Positions 11,147 to 31,207 of a stretch of 64,000 bases of DNA are shown piece by piece. Source of the DNA: Zygnema circumcarinatum SAG 698-1b (taxonomy: Eukaryota > Plantae > Zygnematophyceae); assembly GCA_037447605.1 (NCBI GenBank), contig CM074817.1:2542001-2606000 (forward strand). Reading direction: 5' to 3'. Every line of letters begins with the position of its first letter. The stretch's first letter is position 1. The notes under the pieces are model-generated. The model saw only the letters and a program-made list of their open reading frames with translations. It was not told the DNA's origin and ran no database searches. The translations under genes were made by a program, and so were the position numbers.

Positions 11147-12477
11147 CCAATCAGGTGTTACCACGTGGCGTTTTGTCTGACGTGGAGGGCTGATTGGATC
11201 ATGATTTCGGGGCACCCTCAACGAATTTTGACCCTAAATTTCTGTGTAACAAGAACGCCGATCTATGTACAGTCACTCAGTAAATTTTGTCTAGTATAGT
11301 TTCACAGAATCGTACAACACTGAACTTCCCATTCAACGCAAGTCAGAACCAACTGAAGTCAAAAGATGTACCCATGCTATGGATTTGACATGGGTCTCAC
11401 GCATGGCGATGCCATGAAATTTCCAACATGAACAACATGCACAACAACAGCAAAAGCAATATGGGGAACTCGAGTCAACCGGTCACTAAGGACCTAGGGA
11501 CGATAGAACACAGCCATGAGAGGAACTTGCCTTTAGGACCAACAACAACACGCCTCTAAGAAGCAAACGGTTGCGTTCTTATGGTGCAACTTTCTTCAAG
11601 TGGTTGAAGCTCCGGAGTTCCGAACTTGAGGCGGAAAGTTTGCTAACCTCTGAAAACGGTATTTCAACCAGCTTCAACCTTTCGCAAGTGCGAAATTACA
11701 TCAGCAATGGTGAGGCACGTCAGCAAAGTTGAATGAAGTTGAATGAAGTTAAACCATAAAATCGCAGCCTTAACGATCGACGGCGGGACAAGGACAAGCA
11801 GTAAGATCACAGAATCTTTAGGGAATCTTTTACGACCGATTCCTGTCTGCCGTATTTATCGTATCTCAGATTGTCCCATATAGAATCGTTTCCTGACGTG
11901 GCGAATCTCAAATACACGTGAACGATCACCTCGGATTGGACGAGTTCAGATCCTCTGACGTGGACAAATATCTGGTCGGCGAATCGCAGGCTTGCATTTC
12001 ATTAAGTAAAAAATTTCAGTTTGTCAACCTAATTCATTTTTTCTAAATTTTTTTTTTGGGGACAACACAAAAGTACCAAAGTCGGGGCCACCTCCTGAAT
12101 TGCGCAAATCAAATGAGTTCGAAACCAATACGGTATCGTACCTTCTACTCTCCCTATTCATCACTACTTGCTTAAAAACGGTACTGATTTTGAACTCTTC
12201 AGTTCGAGAAAATCTTCATGATGCAAATGGGAGCCCAAATTTGCAATTAGATACGCGAGTTATTTTGACAAATTGATTCACGTTGACGTTATCAAGCGGA
12301 ATGTCACGTGACCACATAGATCCGCTGACACAGTGCTGCCACCGCGTGACTTTACCAAGAGATATCTCGAGCTCCCTCTGCAACAATGCTCCAGGCGTGG
12401 GCCAATCAAGAACTTCCACGTCATCACTTTATTCTACGTGGCACCATCTGATTGATTCATACTTTCGAGGGCACCCT
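11147..12477. promoter_or_regulatory. Divergent FkbM/TPT promoter with two CCAAT-N9-CCACG elements and several ACGTGG (G-box/ABRE-like) sites
   Basis: CCAATcaggtgttaCCACGTGG at 11147-11168; CCAATcaagaacttCCACGTCA at 12402-12423; TGACGTGG at ~11894 and ~11956; TATA-like sequence near 12572. Confidence 0.5.
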
Positions 12478-12518
12478 GATGGATTTTTCACCCACGTGCT
12501 GTGACTGCAGGCTCCACT

Positions 12519-12554
<36 letters not shown>

Positions 12555-13049
12555 ACGGGTGCCTTCATTCATATAAAAAAATATATAGGTTATAAGACTA
12601 ATATATAGATATTTTGCGGTCCACCATCTTTTTCTTACTGTTTGCAGAAGCAGTGCAGGCAGAGGAAGGTGATCTCACCAAGGCTCTCTTTTTTTCCCGC
12701 CTGTTGAGGCATTTTTAGGCAAAAAATAGTCATTCTTTGGTCTTTTGGTGCATATCTGGATGAATGTAACTGGCTGCAAGTCGATTTGACCAGCACCTTT
12801 ATCCTGCAGGTGGCTGGTTTTGACTCAATAAAGCTTTTTTGAGTCGAGTTTAGCTCAATGAAAGTGCGTGCATTTGCATTTGCACGACTGTTTCACTGTG
12901 TTTTTTTGAAATCATTCTGTGGATCTTTTGGTTCTGTTCTCTACTGACTTCAAATCTTATGTCATGATCGGAGCAAGACGAACTAGCACCTGGCTGTGCG
13001 CTTTTCTGGCTTTCCTGCTGTTTTCAATCCCTTTGCTGGCTTTCAAGGA

Positions 13050-13083
<34 letters not shown>

Positions 13084-13544
13084 TTCCCTCTCTCTCTCTC
13101 TTCTGAAGGTAAGTATTGTCGACAACTGTAATGCAGTGTCGAGTGCTTGGAATGAATGAGCAGCATTACCTCACAGAGGTGCTCGTTTTGAATATTTGAA
13201 CGTTATTCGTTTACTCTTTTTATATTTCATGCTTTGAATGAACAGCTGTATGCCGCGATTAGGAAAACTAATAGAAGAGTTACTGGCTGTAGAATCCTGC
13301 CATTGCCTGCGTGCTGCATTAGGGCAGTAGGGCTTCGTTAACTTCCTTCTTGACATGGACCCCTTACATGGATCCTTCAGCTGCTGTGGAAATGGGCCTC
13401 CACAATGACGATGCTGAGGAGGCTGAAACATGTTCCATTGTCCTGTCTCTTTATTCTCAATTCACGTCACATTTTCATCTACTTTTTTGCTGGCTTTTTT
13501 CCCTGCAGGCCTTAACTCCGTCCTTCTTCTCCCACGAAAAAAAA

Positions 13545-16500
13545 ATGGCTTCCGTTGCCTCTATCGCCCTTCCGACCCGCCTCTCCAAGCCATGCATTGG
13601 CTTAAGCCCAGCCATGGCTACAAGAGAACTTTCAGCCAGACCCAATGTGGGGATGTGGGAGGCTTCAAAAAGCGCATTGAAGCTCAGCTCTCCTTTTGTG
13701 GAAGGCCCCACATCTGTAGCCTCTAGAAGGCTTCAGAAACAAGGGCAAGCTGCTGCTGCATTGAATGGGAATGGTTATGGGAAGAAACAGAGCTTAGGAG
13801 TTACATGTATGGCATCCGTTTCGGATGAAATGAGTAATGGAGCAGGCAATGGCGATTCTGAATTGGGGTATGGCTCGTCTTCTACTTCGAATAATAAACC
13901 TGATTTGACTCTGATTGTACCCTGTAAATATGTTGAAAGCTGAGTGTCAGGATCTGCACGTACCTTGACTTTAGACTATCTCACTTCTGTTTTCGCGGAA
14001 GCAGGTTGGCTTCATGTTTTCTCTTGGTACCTTTTTTTGAAGGTGAGATGAGGCGTAGTCTGCACACGTTTTCACTTACAATTGCTGTGGGTTTTGTGAC
14101 AGGTTTTTAGCCAGCATTCCAGCCAAGTACCCCACGCTCACCACTGGCTTCTTCTTCTTTATGTGGTGGGTACCTTATACCACCCACCTTTCCCTATTTC
14201 CCAACGTCCCATCCTTTTTCTTCGTTATACTGTTGCTGGAATAATACTTAGACACTTTTTTGTGGGCCGTTGTCGAATTGTGATCATTGTGTGGTGTCGC
14301 CTGAACAAGTTTTTGAAACGAACTAGTATAGAGTATAGGAGTTATAGACTAGCAGTATAGAAGCTATAGTCTCTGTATGTAACGTAATATTTCCAATTAC
14401 TGTTGCTTGTTACTACACGGGTGGCTTGATCGACCGTCAAGCAGTGAGTTGGCAGGGGGGGAAGGGAGTGCGAGGAGAGGGGAAAAGGGAAAGAGAGAGC
14501 GGGGGGAGAGAAAGAGTGTGTGTGTGTGTGAGAGAGAGAGAGAGTCCTCATTGGTTTCCTCTTCAGGCAAGTGCGATTTGCGGTGTTCGGTAGTCAGTCC
14601 TTGGCCGCTATGAAAAGTTTTTGTATGTTGCTAACCGAGAGACATTTGCCTTGACTTCGCCAGGTACTTCCTTAATGTTATCTTCAACATTATGAACAAG
14701 AAGATATACAACTACTTCCCATATCCCTAGTGAGCATTCTACCCCCCTACATTTGATTGGTCTTAACGCAGTCGTCGTCTGGATTCATAGTAAAAAGTAA
14801 TCGGAGTTGCTGAAACAGTTGGAAAAAAATTACACAATGACACAATGCTCAAGCCTGTAAGTTTTCTGGGAGCCCAGATTTTAGAGGTGAATGTCACAGT
14901 ACCTATCTTGGTGCAAGAAGTGAATTCTTTCATTGAAACTGCTCTTGCTGAACAGTCAAAATATGCTATTGTATGCCCCGAACTTGCATGATGAAAACTA
15001 ACGTGATATCCTCAATGTTAGGAGGGGCTTACAGCTTTGTATCGCTTGTGCATCTGATTGTTGGAGTTACATACTGCTGCATCTCCTGGGCGGTCGGATT
15101 GCCTAAACGAGCGGTACGTTTGTTTCCAGTTTCAGTTTCAGTTTCAGTTACTTTTTAGAATATTAGGACACTTAGGGGTGTTTGTTTGGTCCACTGTCGG
15201 TCGGACTTCGCTTTTCTTATCATATCTTCGCAATCCTGAAACCCATCACTCAGTTTGGCCACACCCATTCAGCAATAGCTTTTGTCGCACTCCTGAACTC
15301 TGTCATTGTGGACTTTGATCGTCATAGAGGTGCCTCTATCTCCTCTTCTCCAAGCACGCCTCAATCTCGAATTCCTCTCCGACCTCCCACTCCTCTCCCT
15401 CTCCCGTCCTCTTCCAATACCAGCCCCTTCTCCTGTTCTGCAGTTCCATCTTCACTTCCTCCTTACCTCTCTTCCCTTTTCCAAACCTTGCTCACCACTT
15501 CCGCGTATCCACTTCCAAGCTGAAACTATACTTCCCTATTCCATAATCCCCTTTTCCCTTGTCTCAGTTTGATGAAATTGGGGCGGATGGGGGAATGGGG
15601 ATGCATTGTTTCAGCCCATCAGTACGGAGCTATGGCTGCTGCTCACGCCGGTGGCGGCATGCCATGCGCTCGGACACGTCATGACAAATGTCTCCTTTGC
15701 AGCGGTGGCGGTCTCCTTCACTCACACCATCAAAGGTACCCGCCCTCTCTCTCTCTCCTCCCTATCAGCAAATAACATGCAATGCCAAGAGGAGGAGGAT
15801 AAGACATCTGCACAAAAAAATAGCTTAAGATTTTTCGATTATTTCCTTACAAGTGTTTGCTTTCTCGTTACATTTAGCGCTGGGCCATATGCGAGTTATG
15901 CGACTTGAGAATGAAGGAAAAATGAGGAATCTCTCAAAAAGCATATTCTTGGAGGAAGCGTGTTGACTAATGCCTAATTTTTTCGCTAGTCATGTCCGAA
16001 ATTGGTGGATTCTTAGACAATGCAGTGTGTTAGAGAACTGGGTTTCTTTGATATTTCCCTTGATACCATTTTGATGTCAAACTATTGGAATTACAGCAAT
16101 TTGATGTGCTAACTACTCTCTCTCTCTCTCCCTCTCTTTTTCTCTCTCTCGCTCTCTCTAATTTACGCTTGCTTATGCGGCGCCAGCTCTTGAGCCCTTC
16201 TTCAGTGCAGCAGCTTCTCAGTTTATTATGGGACAGTCTGTCTCCTTTCCACTTTGGATCTCATTGACACCTGTCGTACTCGGTAAGAAATTTTACCATA
16301 CACAATGTCAGACCTTTTTGAGAGTTATGGAGTCCTTTGGCTGATAGAAGTGTAAGCTTTTGAGTCTTGTAAAATTATGCATGGTCATGATGAACACCTT
16401 GATAGTGACAGTAGCCAGCTTTGAATTTTCTGTCCTGTTCGTTGTCCTCTCATCAGGTTCAACAGAAGCCGATGAAGTCATGAGTTGGATTTGGAGTCAG

Positions 16501-18735
16501 AAAACTGACTTCTTAGAACTGCTCTGCTTCAGGAGTGTCTATGGCCTCCATGACTGAGCTCTCCTTCAACTGGAAAGGATTCATAACTGCTATGATCTCC
16601 AACGTCTCCTTCACGTATCGCAACATTTTCTCGAAAAAGGCAATGGTATACACCTCTTTCCTCAAACTCACTACTCTGATATAACCACAATTTTTTAGGG
16701 CTCATAGTCTTTTGACTTAATGTGGCTTCTATAACACCCTATCGCTGTTTAGTGTAATTTGTGTCATTTGCTTGTCGTACGACTCCATTCTATAGGCAAA
16801 ATACTTTGTAAATGGAACGGTTCCAACATGTGTGGGTGTTTGCAGGTCGGAATGGACTCCACCAATGTCTACGCATACATCTCCATCCTGTCACTGCTTT
16901 TCTGCATCCCTCCTGCTATTATCGTACGCTTTCCCTCTCCCTCTCCCTCTCCTCTCCCTTCATCTCTCTCGCTGGCTCTCCCTCTCCCTCTCGCTCCTCT
17001 TCCCCTCTCTCTCCCCCCCTCTGTCTTTTCTGTCCGTGCTTGTAAGTAGAGGAAGAGAAGTGGGTTCCCTCCCTCCCTCCCCCCCTCTCTTCCCCCCCTG
17101 AGGATGGTGGAGAGGAAAGGAGATAGAGGCTTGCCTGGAAAGGTTGAAGACTTCGAAACACCTCCCACAAAGAAAAAATAGTTCCTTAGCAGAAAATTTA
17201 CGAAGGCAGAGTCCACTCGTTTAACGGAGGCCCTGCAGTTAATGTCTACGTGACGTGATCCTTCCTTGATCCTTCCACTATCACAAAAGGACCGCTTTTG
17301 ACTGGTCGATAGTTAACTTGTTCTGCAGATAGAAGGCCCAGCACTGCTGCAGCACGGCTTCAAAGATGCCGTGACTAAAGTAGGACTGACTAAGTTCCTT
17401 TCGGACCTCTTCTGGGTTGGCATGTTCTACCATCTCTACAACCAGGTGGGTCTTCAATATTGGGACTTCATGCCTTGACAAGCGAACATCTACTTTTTTC
17501 TCTATTGCTTTGCCTTTTTTTTTGGGACCTTTCAGTCGCATCTACGAGTTCACAATTGCTCTATTCCTAGCCTTTTAATAGTGTATTGTAGCCCATTCGT
17601 AGTGTACTAGTAATCTTGAGTCACTTGGCCCTCTTTCGGTCGTTCAACCCTTACCGCCCTTGGAATTGCTCTGCAGTTGGCTACCAACACTTTGGAGCGC
17701 GTTTCTCCCCTCACGCATGCTGTCGGAAATGTGCTCAAACGCGTCTTTGTTATTGGGTTCTCCATCATCGTATTCGGTAACACTTCCGCCCTCAGCATAG
17801 TCCCGCCATCTCCAAACATGCACATCTTGACATGGACATCATGCAGAATGTGACTAAGCACACATCCTTATTTCGAAGTCCAAGCATGCCTATGAGAGTT
17901 AACTGCCCATTTCCTTGGATCTTTGGTCGACTATGAGTCTTTGATTGCGCTAGATGTACACATTGCTCCCGTCCTCTCCCTCCCTTGTCTCCTATCCTTC
18001 CCCTCTACCTCTCTCGCTCCATTTCTCCCCCATCCCTCCCCTCCCCCTCTCTCTCCTTTTCTCGCCCCTTCTTCCCCTGACACTCTCTCCCTTCCTTTCC
18101 CCCCTTCCTTTCCTCCCCCTCTCTTCTTTCTCCTCGCTTCTTCCCCTCCCCTTCCCCTCTCTCCCTCGCTTTCTCCCCGGTCCTTCCCCTCCCCTCTCAC
18201 TCTCCTTTCTCCTCCCTCCCCTTTAATCCCTCTCCCTTCCCCCTCCCACCTTTCCTCCAAGAAGAATTACCGTACTCCTCAAATCCCCTTGTTCACTTAC
18301 ATGGCTTGTCCGCCTACATTCTGCCGCTTCACAGGAAACAAGATTTCGACTCAGACCGGTATCGGAACAGCAGTTGCTATTTCTGGTGTTGCCATCTACT
18401 CCTATCTCAAAGCTATGGAGGAGGAAGCTAAGGTGAGCTGATCCATACGTTTCCGTTCTGTTCACCGTTTTGGGGATTCTATGTTCCTAATGATTCGTAA
18501 GATTTAGGGTTCCAATGGATCCCACAGCTTTCCGCAATTCTGTAACTTTTTACGCTTTCCATGGCAAGAAAGTGCTTCTGTTTATCGATTGGGTCAAGAG
18601 AATGTTTCAAATTTTCAGGTAGGTATTCAAGTTTAGTGTTTTTAGGTATTTCAGAGTTTGATGTCTTTTTGAGCTGAAGGATGTTTTTGGTTCAAATGTG
18701 TGCAGAAAGCGAAGAAGGCGGCTGCGGGGGTTTAA
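13545..18735 (+). CDS. TPT: Plastid triose-phosphate/phosphate translocator, 12 coding exons (13545-13867, 14103-14165, 14664-14729, 15035-15113, 15615-15735, 16187-16282, 16533-16645, 16846-16923, 17329-17445, 17677-17776, 18335-18432, 18706-18735)
   Basis: A Ser/Ala-rich transit peptide is followed by [71 protein letters not shown] and [35 protein letters not shown], the TPT-subfamily signatures. All junctions are GT-AG and in frame. Confidence 0.95.
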
Positions 18736-18957
18736 GTTTAGCTGAGCTGCTGCATAAAGGAATAAGGGGGAAAGAAGGGGGGACAAGGGGAGAGGGGAAA
18801 GACACCATTAGGGATAAATACACCTGCTTTTATAACTCATTGACATCATCTTGTAGTGCCAACATGTAGGCGGCATATTCCTTGACCTATCATACAAGGG
18901 AAGGATTTGAGAAGTGAGAGTGTAGGTAGGCGGAAAGCTTAATGCTGTAGAGAGTTT

Positions 18958-19006
<49 letters not shown>

Positions 19007-19199
19007 AGAGCGAGAGCTAGCTAGTGGTAAGTAGGTCCGCAGGGGCTATCGGCCCACAGAGGGATGGTGTGGGGGTCCATTACTGGTTTAGATATGTAGC
19101 AAATGTTTAGAAAGGCATATGCACCACTCTCTTTGGCTAAATAGGTTTCTGCTTTTTGTAGTTTTAAGCAACGACTGCGTCTGCCTGTCTCTTTTCTTT

Positions 19200-19332
19200 C
19201 TCTGTCTGTATGTCCGTGTCTGTCTGTCTGTATGTATGTATATTTGTCTCTGTCTGTCTGTATGTATACCTGTCTGTCTGTATGTGCCTGTCTGTCAGAC
19301 TGTTTGTCTGCCTGTTTGTCTGTGGATGTCTC

Positions 19333-19373
<41 letters not shown>
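19200..19373. repeat. (CTGT)n degenerate tetranucleotide tract between TPT and BAGP1
   Basis: Read directly. Confidence 0.85.
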
Positions 19374-19375
<2 letters not shown>

Positions 19376-19530
19376 TATCCATTTAATACAGAAAAATTAT
19401 CCTACAGACTTGAAAAACCTATAAAATGGTCCTCGGTTTGTCTGTCTGCCACTGTAAGAAAAAGCCCATTGAACTTCCCCAATGACCTTTCTTTTTTCCT
19501 TATAATTTAAAAACCCTTAAACCCTTTCGT

Positions 19531-19717
19531 TTGACCCCAGGCCAGTTTCAGCTTGCAGCGCGACTTCGTCTCGGGCTCCCCCATCCGCCATTGCAGGGTT
19601 CTCCTCGTTGTGTTTGTGGTGATTCGATTGATGCGCAGGGCGTTCATCTACTTCGATGTGCACACGGGGGCGAACGCATTTTGGCTCATAATGTTGTGCG
19701 CGATGCGNNNNNNNNNN

Positions 19718-19745
<28 letters not shown>
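19531..19745 (+). mobile_element. Fragment of a CRE-like (restriction-like endonuclease) non-LTR retrotransposon, then a gap and poly(A)
   Basis: Translation FQLAARLRLGLPHP..RCVCGDSIDAQGVHLLRCAHGGERILAHNVVRDA matches the CCHC knuckle region preceding the RLE domain of CRE-type elements. N gap at 19708-19717, A28 at 19718-19745. Confidence 0.65.
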
Positions 19746-19749
<4 letters not shown>

Positions 19750-20194
19750 GACCAATCAAGAACGACACGCGCGAAGGTAAGAAAGTACAATGGTTCAAAA
19801 TGTACACCCAAATTGTACGGATTTCGTACATTTTCTGATTCGTGCTGCCACGTGTCAGCCGTCGACTCCTTCTCGACCATGCAGTGCATGCGCAGCTCTA
19901 CCAGTGAAACGTCGTCACGTGTCCCAAACACGTCACTTCGTGTGCCTCATGACGTCAGACCAATGGAGTCGGCTTCCGGCGGGAGCAGACACATATGATG
20001 ACGTCAGGCTGGTTTCTCCTGACGTTATCGTGCCCCCCCAGCTTTGGCGCCTTGCGGCCCGCCACACGTGCGAAGCGGCTCAAGGAGGGAGAGGGGGGCC
20101 GGGGGGGGGGGGGGACAGCTGGCGGTTCCATGCTCTCAGTTAGGGTTTGGGAGGGCAGTTAGGGTTGAAGGGGAGGAGGGAGGAGGGAGGGAGG

Positions 20195-29657
<9,463 letters not shown>

Positions 29658-31207
29658 ACGAGTCCCTTTTTGTCGTTTCTGCTCTCATCACCGAAGTGAT
29701 GCAGAACCAAGTTTTGGAAGGCGAATTTTTTTTCAAATTTGTTTCTTTCCCGTGTGGGTCGCGACATAGATAATTGAGGATTAGGCATGTCTTTTGTGTG
29801 TGTGAGAGAGAGAGCGAGAGAGATGGAGAGAGAAAGAATAAGGGTGGGAATAAAGCTAATAATGCAGATTCCATGAGGACGATGGATACATTTTAATTGT
29901 AGATAACTCCGAACGGAACTGAACGGATGGAAAAAGAAAGAGGCTTTTTGGGTGCTCGCTAGAAACTGGGGAAGCAGGAGTTAGGGCGCTCACGCTTTCT
30001 GTTGGAGGTAGAGAAGAGAAGAGAAGAGAGAGGGAGAGGGGGGGGGAAAGGGAGAGAGAGAGAGAGAGAGAATAGTGAGTGGGAGAGAGAGAGATAGAGA
30101 GGGAGAGGTAGAGGAAGGTTAAGGTCGGCGGCTTAACTTTGTACAGGAGGTGGTTGTTGCTAAATGTGTAGAAGTCGCTCCGTTTTTGTTAAACTGAGAC
30201 TCCATGTAACCTCATGTAATCTGCACACCTGTTCAGGGTCTTTCCTCAGGTCGCAAACCAAGCTTCGCGTGGTTTGAAACCGTGATATGGAAAAATTGTT
30301 TTTGTAAAGTCAAAAGATGTAAGGCAGAGACAGAACATTTTTGTACCAAGTTATAGAGGGATTCATATCCTGAATTTTTTCAATTTTCTTACGTTTTTTT
30401 TATGTCAGCAGTGCGCGGCGTCAAGGTCAAAGCCAAATGTAAACAAATTCCATTCGTCAAATCTTCTGCCATTTATCAATGCCAGAACCTCACCTTCATT
30501 CGTTTCAAATGTGAAACAAACACGTGGTACACAGTTTACAGCCAATTACTATTCTCTCAGAATCCTTTCTTTCAAGGAAAAAAAAACCCATGTGCGACCA
30601 GCTTCGAAAGCTTTGAAATAATTGTGAAAGCATTGAAACATAATCATTTGATTGGAACACAGCTCAAACAAAACCTGCTCTTAAAAAACATGTTTGATTA
30701 GCTGCAAAGCTCGACTTTGAACATTAAGAAAAACTGAAACTGGCGCTACATGTACAGAAGCGGCCAATATACATCAACTGCAGAGAACTGCATAGAACTC
30801 TCGTTGAACCCCACCCTTCCCAATACATTACGGTACAAAAAACAACATGGAGCCGCCCTCATGGGCATACATCACACCACAGAACCTCCCTCGAATCCGT
30901 TTCTAAGTAAAGTCAGAACCTACGCACAGAATTGCAAAGAAGACAAGGTACAGGATACCACCGCATGTAACCGGCACCCAGACACAGACTTCGCAGACTT
31001 CGCTTTACATGACGCAATGGCGTCCTCCACTTCCGCATGGCGTATTTTCGGGTGGTCACGTCAGCAGAAACGGCAAAAAAAACTCTAAATACATCTCTGC
31101 CCTTCCTCTCTCCCAACAATCTCCCCTCCCACTCCCCCTCCCCCCCTCCCTCACTCTCCCACCCCCAATTCCGCTTTTCTCTGCTTTGCGGTCGAGGAGG
31201 GAGGGCG

